A DNA stretch of 61,929 nucleotides, counting the filler, from Platydemus manokwari (lineage: Eukaryota): assembly GCA_037951405.1 (NCBI GenBank). It is 5 parts of 5 records of this genome, joined end to end, with 100 filler letters (N's around TTAATTAATTAA, not from the genome) between each part and the next. Parts side by side here need not be neighbours in the genome. Positions count along the whole stretch, not along the records: positions 1 to 17,769 come from JBBMOY010833311.1; 4 more parts are not named here. The stretch is one strand, 5' to 3'. Below the pieces are notes generated by a model. It did no database searches, was not told the origin of the DNA, and saw only the letters and a list, made by a program, of their open reading frames with translations. Both the position numbers and the translations under genes were made by a program. Below, piece by piece: positions 1 to 14,000 of the stretch (the first letter of the stretch is position 1; every line of letters starts with the position of its first letter).

Positions 1-2163
1 TAAAATAAACGTTTTAAATTTAGTTTTTTCCAAAATGTTTGCTTTCGTAACCATAAAAAAACAAACTAGCAATATTTGAGAGAGCGGGTGGGTGAACTGT
101 ACACCAGCTGAAAATTCCAGACCTGACAACATTTCTTTTGACACATAATTTACCATTGTTTTATTTGGAGTGGATTTGAGGCAGGCCTCAGTGTTTAATA
201 CAGAATGTTTAATAAACCACATGATCTGCGGCTGACTGATTCTTTAAAGGACAGGCTTTAGCTACCACAGTTATAAAAAAAATGTCATAGTACTTTTAGT
301 ATACGGTTTACGGGAATAAAGGTTGGGGTTATGCTGCAGTGTAGCATTTCACCTGTTAAGGTCCAAAATGAGCTAACAAGGAAAAGGAATATTTTTTTTT
401 TATATTGAAAAAATTGACATTTAAAAGTAATAATAAATCCATGAGTGATATTTTACTACATAATTGTATCAGTTAATCGGCATTATCAGAATTTTTTGAC
501 TATCAATACCTAAAATGGCAGCCCATGTAAATTCTTCTAGAGGAACAAAAGTATACCAGAAAGCTAAATTTTGACGTAAATCTACAAAGAGAAGAAACAA
601 ATTTGACGGAATAAAGCTTCGCTAAAACATTTTTGAAATTACGAAAGAGCCAGAACTGGGGAAAGCTGTAATTTATTTACCGTTACAGTAAGATAGTGCA
701 GATATGTTTGCACATTTTAGGAGTTGTAAACATGCAAAGTATTGTATATGTAGGGAATATAAAGAAAAGATGTATAGAAGATATAGCGAAGTTGTAAGGA
801 AGATTTAGAGAAAAAAAGTGAAGATATAAAGGTATCGAGAAGATACCTAGTAAAGAGGAAATAGAAAATTTTATATAGATAAATATCAGGAGAATTTGAT
901 ATAGAGATATTTGCGAATTTAAAGAGAATCGAAAATTTTAAAGAAAGGTGGTGTGAGGACTTATAGTAAATTGAAATAAAAAAATTATAATCAAATTTGT
1001 ATAAAATATTAATTTGTTTGAATCACTGTAATCAAAATATAATTTGGTTTCGTGGCTTATTAGTTAGTTCCAAATGTGTGTTTCATATAATAATAGTGAC
1101 TTACACATATGATATAATTACTATTAAATTTTTGAGTATGACAGTTATGAATTACAATAGAACTGATTAAAAATAAAACTTCTTGACTTTTTATCTCTAT
1201 ACAAATGTAGATGAGAAATAAGATAAACGAAATAAGATCTCGCAATTGAATCTTGTGCGCCATTATAATAAATACAATAACTTAAACAATTATTAGTCTA
1301 ATTCGTTGGTTAGATATTATTTCTTTGCGTGTTTCCATATTTCAAATTATGAATCATGTCTCGGTGAATAGGTCTGCGAATCAGAAAATTATCCTTGATT
1401 CAATCAATATTCTTGAATATTTACGATGAAACTCATGATGTTTAGAAGTAGAAATTAATTATAATTTCTTAAAATTATAATCACAGACCATTTGAAATTT
1501 GATATCTATTTCAATTTAATTTTATTTTCACCGACGTTATTACTGGTGAAAAATAAAAATGACAAATTAGAGAGATTTAACAATTTATAATCTTGCTTAT
1601 AATAATTGGTTTGAAGTGGAAATATCATCACAAACTTAAGCTTGGACGGATAATTTCAACAAAGTCAGACCAAATGTCAATATTGGAAAAGAAAAGTGAA
1701 ACAAACAACAAAACTTGTCAAATGATTTGTTAAGCGTTTTACAATTTGAGCGATTGCAGTTATTGACCTTTGTTATATTTGAATTTGTGAAAGTAAGGGT
1801 ATTTGATGCTATTGAAGATTATCGATCGATACATTCGCAAGAAACTTCTAGCAAGACTCAGTTGTGAAACAATTATATATAACTCTACTAACTTTAAAAA
1901 TTCAAATTCTTTAAATTATTGATTATTTATTTAGTGTGTGTATGTGTCATTTCAATTCCAATTATGCCACGATGTCACGCCATGTTTTATTGTCGTTTAT
2001 CTAAAAGCTTATTGTTAACCTTTATCTATGTTTAATAAAATTGTTCTATAATATGAATTAAATGCTTTATTCTAAACAATACATGATTAGTTCATACGAA
2101 GTTTTTCAAGGATAAATAAAACAAATTTTTTAAAAACAATTCTCAAATGGATTTTAAAATAAT

Positions 2164-2560
2164 ATGAAAATATCGGTAGTGGTGTGTGACTGGAATTCTT
2201 CAAAAAGCACAATCAAAAATATGGGAGTTAGGTTTATTGGGATTCACACATCGTTAGACAACACACACACTATCCTAAACCAAATTGCATATCTTCAATT
2301 AACAATCGTTGATTGCTTTACGGTTTTCGATAAGTCCATACCCACAGAAATCAGTGAGTATCGAAACGCACCAATGGCAAGGGAACTAGAAAGAAATTTA
2401 CCAGTAGGTTGGTCTTTAAACGATTCTAACAAATGACAAGTAAAATCTTAAATAATGTAAGGTCTAGTCTACAGCATAGTATATAAAAAAGTCAACTCTC
2501 AAGGACAACCCCCAGGGTTTTATAATCAGTAAATTATGTGATTATCTTTATTCTGGTGTT
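2164..2560 (+). mobile_element. Possible highly decayed reverse transcriptase fragment
   Basis: IVDCFTVFDKSIP (resembles D..AFD) followed by frameshifted GQPQGFIIS (resembles G.PQG..IS) and YVD-like remnants. Confidence 0.3.
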
Positions 2561-5012
2561 ACCGCTTTGTGAGGAATATTTAAAGGAACAAATTTAATCA
2601 TAATTTCAATAATTTAAAAATAATTTTAGAATGAAATTTGTAATATTTTAGAAATTTAAATTATAATATAAAAAAATGTTATGAAGTGATTTTTAAATAA
2701 TTTAAATATTTTTATTTAGAGATATATTAATATTTTAATTTCTTTAAAAATGCTTAATTTGTTTTAAATAATAAAAATTACGAAAATCGTCCAAATAAAT
2801 ACTTCTAACGAATCTCCAACTTCAAACGAGATAGCTACCTCTAACAATCTCCTTTAATTGTATGATTAATTTTCATTTGCAGTTCTTAGAGTAATTATAT
2901 TCAATGAAGTGAATATTTTGTAATTTGATGATCATCCTTATTTATTTTATTGATTTTATTACCATATGTATTGATTAATTTAATGAATCGATCAAATTGA
3001 TTTACCTTCGATAAAGTTATTAATCTAACGCAATATTCAATAAAATAAATTTATGATCTGATAAGACTTTAAAACATAAAATATAATTAATGATAAATGG
3101 AAAAAATATTAAAACCGTTAAAAAATAAAATAAAATAATCTAAATAAAGTTTGTTTAAAAAGCAAGGGTCTTTATTTAGACCTGAAAAGAACAGAAAAGA
3201 GACTTTATATAATATACATTGAGTAATTAAAATAACAAAAACAAAAAAAATTAACTTGTGTTTACAAAAATAAACAAGAAAAAGCGGAACATAAAAGAGA
3301 AACTAAATAGAAAAACTAAAATACAAAATGTAATATTGGATATAAAGTAATATTGGATATAAATCAAAAGCAGCAAACTGTTACGATCATTACTAAAACT
3401 GAATTCCTAAAATTATAATTTTAAAGTAACAACTCATCGAAATTCAATAATAGCACTGAGAAATCGTTAATGCGAATTACTAAGAAAACCAAATGTCAAA
3501 TCACAATGATTTTAGTATTCGAATGATAAACTTAATGACAGAAATTATCGATCATAGAAGATTGATGATTGTCTTCGAGATTTGACTCATTTTACAAACC
3601 TGTTGCTTAGCTTTGTTGTTTGATGCTTTGATTTTCTTTCTTTAAAACCGTTGGAAGACTAGGATGTTAATAAATTTCATTCTAACTATTATGTGATGTT
3701 CGTTGACATTCGTTGGTGTGTGGCAATTGACAATCGAAATGTAGTCGAAGATAGATAATTCGATGGCATATGATTGGCTACTGGCACGTATTATTTACTT
3801 GTTAGGTATATCACAGCAGTTGAGCTGTTCTAATAGCAGAACTCCGTAGTTATTACATTAAATTTTGCATATGATTTCTTCAACGTTGAAGTTATTTATA
3901 TAAACAACATATACTGTGATAAATGCCTTATTGTTATCTTAAATTTAAATTCTGTTTATATCCTACTTTTATTACATCGGAAACTTCAATTTAGTATGTG
4001 TACGACAAATCTGACTTTTTAGGGATTGTATTTAATACTACTTCCCAAAGTATTAATCAAATTAAAATTTAAATGTATCCAAAATAACTCGAAGAGAAAA
4101 ATAACAATAAAACTCCAATAATTCCTTCGATCTTAAGCCTGGCTTGTATTCTTGAACTTTTAACAAACACCCAATTTCTAAAACTAATCAATTAGATGGC
4201 AATTCAGCAAAGAAGGCATGAATTGATTCTAGATTTAGTATTTCTGTTTATTTCAGAAGTCATTATCAATCCTATTTAATCACAAAATATTAAATATCGA
4301 TCCATTCAAGTAAATTAAATTATCTCTAATGCTTTCACATAACTTCTTTATAATAAAAATGTATAATATAATTTTATAATTTCAAAACTACAGTTCAAAT
4401 TAGTCTGTCACTAACATCAATCGTAACTTTTTATAAAATCCCTTTTTTGTCAAATACGAAAGGATTACTAAAAATCAAGATTATTAAATATCAATACTTC
4501 ATGTAGTTGTTGAGAACAATAACTTTTCCACATCCTTAATAACATGAAAAATGATTCTAAAAAATTACAGAAAAATAGAAATAAGAATGTTTTATGAGGA
4601 AATATTCAATTATAATTGCTATCTAGAATCAAAAACACATCACATAAATAAATCCCATTCTCAAATGATGTAAGAAAGAAAATAATACATCTGTGATATT
4701 TAGAGGACAAAATAATTAACAGAAAGAATAAATTTAGAATAAAGAAAATCCATGTTACTCCAAAATTAATCTAAAACCAATTTAAACCTCACGAAAATTC
4801 AAGCAATAAAAACTTAATAAAAAAATTATCAAAGAAAAATTATTCGAAATTAAAAAAGCTAACAAACTATATTTTTATTTCATTTAAAAATCAAACAGCA
4901 ATGCAGCTAAAAATGAACATTAAATAAACGCGATTATCTGTGATGAATGCTTTATTAGAAATACATATTTATATATAGATAAATATAAATGCAATAGGAC
5001 ATTGTTCTTCAA

Positions 5013-8000
5013 TCACTGCATCGCCTGACTACTGCTGGGTGTCGCTTCTGAGAGTTGATTGTTGTGGGATTCAACTTGAATATTATAATACTTTTGAAGA
5101 GACTGGATAAATAATTGCTGAACTTCATGATTCAGCTGAATGGGATTAAGTTCGGGCTTACGAGAGAGAATGTACTTAACAAGGTTGTTATAGTTTTGAG
5201 CATAAAGAGTCGCTGAAAATAAAGAAGTGTGAATAATGAATGTTTTTGGATTCGTTATTTAATGTTTAAATTTCCAAAAAAGATCCAATTAAAATGAATG
5301 AAACAATATATTTTTCTAATTATTTCGGTCGTAAAAAATGATCATTGTTTACTTATCGGTGATCATAATCCAATTTAAAAAACGTCAAATATATATATAT
5401 ATATTTATGTTGTATTGATTATTGGACAAATAAATTATAAGGGGTGTCACATATGGAAAATGTCAAAAATGCTCTATAGAATAATAAATGGTAACAATTT
5501 TTCACTGAAAAGTCAATAATCTCTTAATAAGAGTGATCCAATCATAAGCCGATTTGAGAGATAAATAATATTCGAAAATATTCATCTATAAGTTAAAGAA
5601 AAAAAAAACTAATATAAAAATATAAATCAATAAATATGAGAAATCTTGAATGATTTATCGAATAATAATAATAATAATTCAAGAGTAGATTTTAAGTGAT
5701 TAAATGAAGGTGACTGCACAATTATTCCAATTTTCTTCATATAAAAGTTGAAGGAATATTTAAACCAACACTCCCTTCGAGATACCCTCCTTTCATACAC
5801 AGATTTTTCAACAAAAACCTTGAAACAAATAATTATTTCTTTTAATGTTCTAAATCATTAATTCCCTAAATGGGCTCTATTAAAAAGAAAATCATGACGA
5901 AAGCAATCAAATGTGCATTAATAATGTCTTATGATTAATGTTCAACCAACTAATGCCTTGCTATAACAATGATGGGAATTTTTCCAAAGATTCATTATAC
6001 TACGGTGATCAAATATAACCGGGAATTTTCAATTTAAAATTCATGAGTTTATCGCTTTATACAAATAATTTTTTAGGTATGTAATACAAAATGTCTTGTC
6101 ATATTTAATCACATATCTTAGTAGTTTAAAAAGTTCTGATCGATTGATGGTTGAGATACTAACTATCGGAAATAGGATATTAGTAAGGTCACCCAATAAC
6201 AATAACTCGTCTACAACAAGAAATTCTCTTTTAAAATTCATTGTGAGGAAATGATTTATTAAAATGGTACGGAATAAATAATTCTTAAGAACTACGAAAA
6301 ATTAAGTGACATAATTGGAAAAATGAAATCTACGGAAAGACATTTTTGTCAAATTTAATTCAAAAAGGAAATGACTTATATAGAATAAATGCTGATGACT
6401 TTGACCAACATTTAATCAATATCACCACTTATAAAGTGAAAAAATTCTAAAATTCTGACGTAGTATAAAATGGTATCACAGAAAAAATCATATTTCAGAT
6501 TTGCAGGGAACTAAATAATTTTTCCAATTAAAAAGATGAAATACAAAATAATAAAAATTGATAAATTTTATTACAACTCTGAAAAAATTTTAAATCAAAT
6601 CGCGTGGTTTTTTAAATAAAATTTTTCCATCAAATCATTAATTATTTTCTATTATGTTAAAATGAATATATTTTAATGAAAAAATAAAATAGAAATAAAA
6701 CAGAAATGGAATAAAAATAAGTAAAAAATTCATTAAAAATTACCGTATTGAGGATATTGTTGTAACATCATGCCAATCTGCAATTGTTGTATTCTGGCAG
6801 AATCTTGAATGGGTTTCTGTGGAATCTGATTATTTATGGGATATGGTCGTGTACCACGCACTTTCTCCTCTTCGAATTCTTTCCAAGCTTCCTGGCGCTC
6901 TGACTCAGTTAGCTCTTCGTCGGTTTTGTTTTGTAATAATGAATCATGCTCATGATATCCATGAATAAATTGAGGTAATTCTTGAATCAGCTCAGCAAGA
7001 AATCTATCTTTGGGCAAAATTGGTGTCTCTCGGACTTTATCGGGATCATAGATATCGGGTTCGAATTTATACAGCGATTTTAGGTCCTCTTCAGTAAAAT
7101 AACGACTAATTTGCTGTTCATCGACAACTCGTAATGACAGTGACTGTTTGGTAACTTGTCTTTCATATATTTTTTCTTCCATTGTACCCTGACTAACTAA
7201 TCGATAAATATATACCGGTTTAACTTGTCCAAATCTGTAAGAACGAAATATGGCTTGAATATCATGACTAGGATTCCACGATACATCAAAAATCACAACT
7301 CGATTAGCAGATACTAAGTTAATGCCCATTCCTCCTGCTCGAGTACTAATCAAGAAAAGACGAAGCCTTCGTTCATCTTCGGAATTAAATCTAGACTGGA
7401 TATCTGCTCGCACAAATGCCTGAGTATTACCATCCATTCGATCATAATCCAGTCCTTTGATCCAAGAATTATAACCAATATCACTGAAAAATCCATTATT
7501 TTTATTGTTTTGATCCTCATTAGAATTTGGAGATTTTTCCATAGATTCGTTTAATTTTTGCAGATCTTCTTGAACTTTTTCAGCAATTGTATGCAATTCT
7601 TGTAAATATTTCTCGATTATATCAAGCACCAATAGACTTTGGCTGAATATGATGATTTTATCACCAATGTCACTGGATTTCCGAAGAATTTGGAATAATA
7701 CTGTTAGTTTCCCACTTATCTCAATTTGGTGTTCATTTTCCGGCTAGAAATGAAATTAGATAGTAAATTTGGAAAGAGTCAAAATTTTATTAAGACAAAG
7801 GATCTACTAACAATATTTTGATCATCAATTGTAGATAAAAAGCACGAACTAAAGATTGTATTTAATGAAATTAACACGATGAAAAATATTATAAAAGACA
7901 TGTTTCTAAATTTTTTTAAAGCAACAATTTTAATAACAAAACTAAGAATATGTTCTCAAAATGGTGAAATCCATGAAAATTACAATTGATTTATTAAATC

Positions 8001-11000
8001 CCATTAGAAGCACATAATATTTATATTTAGATGAGTAAGATATTAACCAAAACATCAATAAATACTTCATAAACAGCATATCATATTAACCAATCACAAC
8101 ATACCACAAAACAATATTCTAATAATAAAACAATAATCAATAATTAACAACGACATTAATTGACAATGACATTGAAACATCAGACCCATTTCAATCAATA
8201 ATATAAATCACATTTCATAATAATTCAACAACGCCAACGATTATCTTTATCTGAATAAAAGCACCTGAGCAGAGGGAACGATGAAAACACATATCCAACC
8301 AAACATCACATTCATAAAACTGCACCATTATGGAATAATTTAAAATTTGAAGTCGATGTAAAAATATTGAAAAAAAAACAATGAAATAATAAACATAAAA
8401 TCTCAGGAAAATCGAAATGCAATAAAGTGATTAATTATAAACGAGATAATGAAAACAAATATAAACAATGAAAATGGTGAAAATTGATTTTGAATCAACA
8501 TTATTATTTATCATTAATAATAAAAATTATTATTTATTGATTTTGTTACTATTTTATTATTGGATGTGGTAATTAAATATTAAATCAAAATATTTTGAAA
8601 AATAGTTTACCATTATTATGTCAGACCACCAGTGTTTGTCCATTGTAGACCCATCTTTACAATCTTTAATACCGGTTAATACTGGCTCTTCGTCAGAATC
8701 AACTAGTTCATTTCGTTTCGCAGATCTACTCGATGTACTCCAATTTCGTACAACTTCATCTCCACTACTCTCCGATTCAGAACTGCCTTTATCTTGAGTT
8801 TTAGATTTTTTTTTCATTGGAGCATCAGTATCTGATTCATCAGAAATGAGATTAATCACACCCGTACTATTGGGTGATCGTTTTCCTAATCTGTGGATAA
8901 TTATTTATTTACATGCAAAGTAATTGTGCCAATTATCATACTGTTTTTCATCAGCATCTTTGCTCTCATTATCACTACCATCATTGATGAAAGAATCTTC
9001 ATACTCTTCATCTGTATCAACGAAAAACATCTGAAATATTTAAAGAGGAATTTAATATCTCGGAAATAACTCAAAACTCGATAAAAAAACCATCTCATTA
9101 TACGTAATAAAAACCCTTAATTACAATGGCAAACTATGCGCAATAAAACATAAAGTGCTTCTCTATGTTTTTTCCATTGGTAGATCCTGCTCAATCTAAT
9201 CCAGTGGCTTTCACTCATGGTTCCACACATTCAAGAGCCCCCACGAGAGTAGACTAAGAGGGTGTGAACCGCTTGATACCCAAGTTGCTTCCAAATAAAT
9301 AAAAGAACAAAAAAGTTCTTATTTAAAGTTTTATTTTAAAGGTCATTTTCAGTTACTTGTCTTATGTCATAGAAATGGATAAATAAATTAAAGCTAGAGA
9401 GGACAGTCATTCATGCTAATGTCATATATTGATTCCAAGACGAGCACATATTTTTGCATTGTCGGAATATTTTTTCTCCCTAAATATTCGTATTTCCTTA
9501 CTTATAATAGACCAGCCTTGAAAAAGTGAAAGAGATAATGATGAGTAGAATAGTCATGCGATGAACTAGATGTTTGTAAAGTATTTTATCCAAACAAAAA
9601 AGTTGAAAAACAGCGGCATGTAAGAAAGATTTTTTGTTCAAGTTGAGTTTAAAAAGTTCCAATCATTTTTATATTTTCACTAAAAACCATGGATATATTT
9701 TTTATTCATATTTAGGACAAGTTTTATCTAACGACAGGATATACAAACCACGATAAATCATAAAATATATTCGAATAAGAAATTAATAAAAGGATTATTG
9801 AAATATATAAATAAATTCGCAATTTCTTGCTTCTCCAAAGCGTACAATTTATAGTACGACTTCAAAGCTAATTAAAGGAGAACATTGATTAAAACAAAAT
9901 AATATTTCAAGGATTAAAGTATTTTGAAACACAATTTATTTTAATCAATACATGAGAACACGTTGATAATACAAATAAATTTAAAATAATTTTTATGGAA
10001 TATTTTTTGTCAATTTTTAATATTAAGGTTTTTTATAGAATATTTTCCGAAATAAACATGTTTTAATACTTGAAAATAATTTAACAGCGCTTCAGAAAAT
10101 ATAATTAGACAGCTTCACTGGAAACAGACAGCACGAAATCGTAATTCGAAATTTTACGCGTTTATTAATTGATAAAATTTATATCCGCACAGGCAAATAT
10201 AATGCAAAATACAATAAATAAATAAATTGTTTATATAGACTTCATGATTTATGGCTGAAATTGGCGGTTTATAACTGTGGGTAGTGAGTGGTACACTGTA
10301 GTCACTTGTAAATCAAAGTTAAATTTATTTATCATAAAATTTTCAAATAATTTAATCCAATAATTGAATAATAAATGAAGAAACTACTTTTTTATCCATG
10401 ATTTCTTGATGCATGCATATCACATATGGATGAGTCCAAATCCTGGAAAATGTAAGATGATCTTGAAACAAACTGTGTTTATTTTCTCGACACATGGATA
10501 TATATTGTCGATATAATTTCACTTGGATATCCGATAATCGTATTTTAATGACGTACTCGTATTTGGGGGGCAGATATTTGACTAAAGACGAATAATCTCT
10601 TCTCTAAATTTGTAGGAAATTTTATAATTATAAAAGCACTTTATTATTCACTGACATGTACACAACCATCAAGCATTTTAAACAAGATGTGGGAACGTTT
10701 CTTCATTAGATTGACATCATATGGTGTAGAATTGATATGTTGACCGTTATGAATGGGATTCACAAATCGGTTTAAAAATTCTTTCTGGGTCCCGAGAAGA
10801 TTCGGTTTGACAAATTGAACCATAGTATGATCTATGAAAATGACAATTTCCAATAACTCTCATCTATTTGATGTCAAATGACCTTACATTCCAATAATTT
10901 ATTTTGTAAAGGAGTTCCTGTCAAAACAATACGTCTGCGTGTGTTGATTTGTGTAATCACTTTATTAATGGCTGATTTATCATTTTTCAATAAATGACCT

Positions 11001-14000
11001 TCATCACACACAACAAAATCCGGTCCTGGATTAACCAAAATTTCATTCAGTTTCTGCTTAATAATCTTCCTTCGCACTGTTCTACTATCACCAGTGGCCA
11101 AAAGTCGGTACATTTGATAACCAATTATCAACACACCACCCTAATCGAATAGAAATGTCAAAACAAAAAGTAGGAAATTTTCAAAAATTACTAATTTGTA
11201 AGTCATGATTGTCTAATACAAAAAAATTACCATCATAATTAATCACTAATAAATTTCTATTTACTAAACATGTCATTTATCTATTATTTAGGTCATACTG
11301 TAGTTATAAATAATTATATCTAGTAATATATTAATACATATTCTAAAGCTAATAATAATTATTATTATATAATTAATATCATTAAAGTTGTAAAATTTAT
11401 AAAGGTTTTATAATTAAATCTTTCAACAACCATTTCACCAACATACCAATTTCAAAATTTTTCTATTACTCAGCATCGAACAGAACTTCGACTACATCAA
11501 TCAATAATTCACCCAATACGTGGATTGAAATATTGAACCAATGTTTACTTATATTCATTATCACTACTTTGCACTAACATTTGTTAACCTATAAACTTAA
11601 CACTCCCTTACAGCAATTTTATTATTGATTTATCTATATAATTATAAGATTGTTATTTAAAACTTACTTTAGCATACCAGTCTTGTACAACTTGTACTTT
11701 GGATTTTTTGCATTCTGTACTGCAAACTTCGAAAATATTAACAAGTTTATCTGCGGGCATCCACATTTCCCATTCTTTTTTCCAATTGAGAGCAGTATTA
11801 ACAGGGCAAACGACAAGACAGGTACGCAATTTTAAGCAGGAAGTTGTTAACATTGTGTGGATAAAAGCTATAAGAGAAAGAGTTTTGCCCAAACCCATGC
11901 AATGAGCCAGAACACATCCTCCGACGGCAGAAACTTTTTTATCTTCTTCTGAATTTGATTCATTGGATTTGCGTAAGCATTCAATATTTTCGATGACACA
12001 ATCCCACAGAAATTTTACAGCTAAACATTATAATTATTTAATAATCACATTGGAGATTTTTAGTTATTTTTACAGGCTTTATGAGTGATCAGACTCAGTC
12101 AAAATATAATTGTATTCATAAAAAGTTTCATATTCTATAAATGAAGAGTTGTGCCGTATCAAATAGCGACATGAGATCGGTATGAAATTCAGTTCAATCG
12201 TCAACAAAGTGTTGTAAAAATAATATTCAAAACATCAAAACCGTATAAACACCGAAAAAAATTGCAGAGTCCATAAATTTAAGTCAAAATGATTTAAGGA
12301 AAAATTTTAATTAACAACGAAAAAACAGAATTGCTATTCTAAAAAGCAAATAAAATAAATCAGATAACGTAAAGATAATAAATTGATAACGTATGATGTA
12401 ACATAATCACACGATTATATAACCATTGTCATGTTATACAAGTAATATCAGGTCGATTTTGCAAATAATCCAAATATTATTTCTTCATTACAAATTTAGG
12501 TCTTATTTTATAATTTTTCAAATCAAATAAATTATTAGTAATTGTTCATCACTCCGACAAGGATGTTTACTCTAAACTGATAAGAAATTATCAAATGAAA
12601 CAATGTTAATGCGATGAACAAAAATATCTCAAATGAAAAAGTATTCGAGAAACTTAAAATATTGATTGATAATATCTGTGATTGGTCTTTAATTTATAAC
12701 ATAACTCATGATTTAGATGAAAACAAATTGTTAATCGAAGCCGTAATAAGTGAAACTTCAAATTGCCATATATTTTCATTGAGAATTACCTTTGAAAATA
12801 CGATATAACTTATTGGATTATATGATTATAGTATCAATATATCAATGTAGGACATAAATTTTTACTTCGAAAAAATATCCGTCATTCTATAAATAAATTG
12901 ATTAATCTTAGAATATTTAAATCATGATGAGTTTGTAAAACTAAAATATATTATCATCGAATAATTTTAGTAATATAACTACAAACAATTACTATAACTT
13001 ATATATAATTAAATTTTTTAATTAAATTGCACTTAAATGGGTCACCAATAGTTTCATTGAAAAGATTACTTTTTTCAGAAACCTTTCTTCAATGACATAT
13101 AACGAGCAATGTTTTATGACATCGCAAATGTAAAATATAATATCAAATATTATAATAATGCCATTCGAACTGATTTATATGAAAAAAAAATCGAACCAAT
13201 AGGATTTATTTCATTTCATATTTAAAGGAATATATTAATGTAATGAGGAATTTCAAATGTTCAAAAGAGAGATTATACGAATAATATTGATGATAAATGT
13301 CATATATAAATAAATGGTTTTAAAAATAGATTCTTCACAAATGGGTTTAATTGAGAATTAAATTATTAATAATAGAATCAATAATAATAACAGAAATAAT
13401 AATAATAAAATATTAATAATAATAAAATAACCCAAATATTCATTCATATCAAATCTTTATGATAAATGTTATTGTGTGAAAATACCGATCTGATCAAAAA
13501 CGATTAAAACAAGAGATAAACAATTAATTGCATTATTTGTTTGACCAAAAAATTAATCAATAAATTGAAAGAATTTCAGTAGCCAAAATACAATTCTCGA
13601 ATAGAAATCTTGCGTACCATTTGAGAAATCAGAAGTCGTCATAAGATTAATTATGTATTACCATTATTTGATTAATAAATAATTATTTATAATTTATCAA
13701 TAACGTATCCGTTTCCATAGTAACGTAGAAAACATAACATGTCAGCTCTGAACAACCAGACATTCTGAATGATCCTCAACCGGCAATTTAACGAAATGTT
13801 AAATAAAAACATTAATTCAATATTTGATCATGAAATATAATCGATAAATATAATCAATAATAAAACACAAACCTTCCGTTTGGTGGGGTTTCAAATTAGA
13901 CCAAATCGATTTATCCACTTCCACAATTGGATTGCCATCCTCATCTTTCTCCAAAATTGGAGATTCTTTGTAGAGTTCACCCAGTTCATTTTGATCCAAA

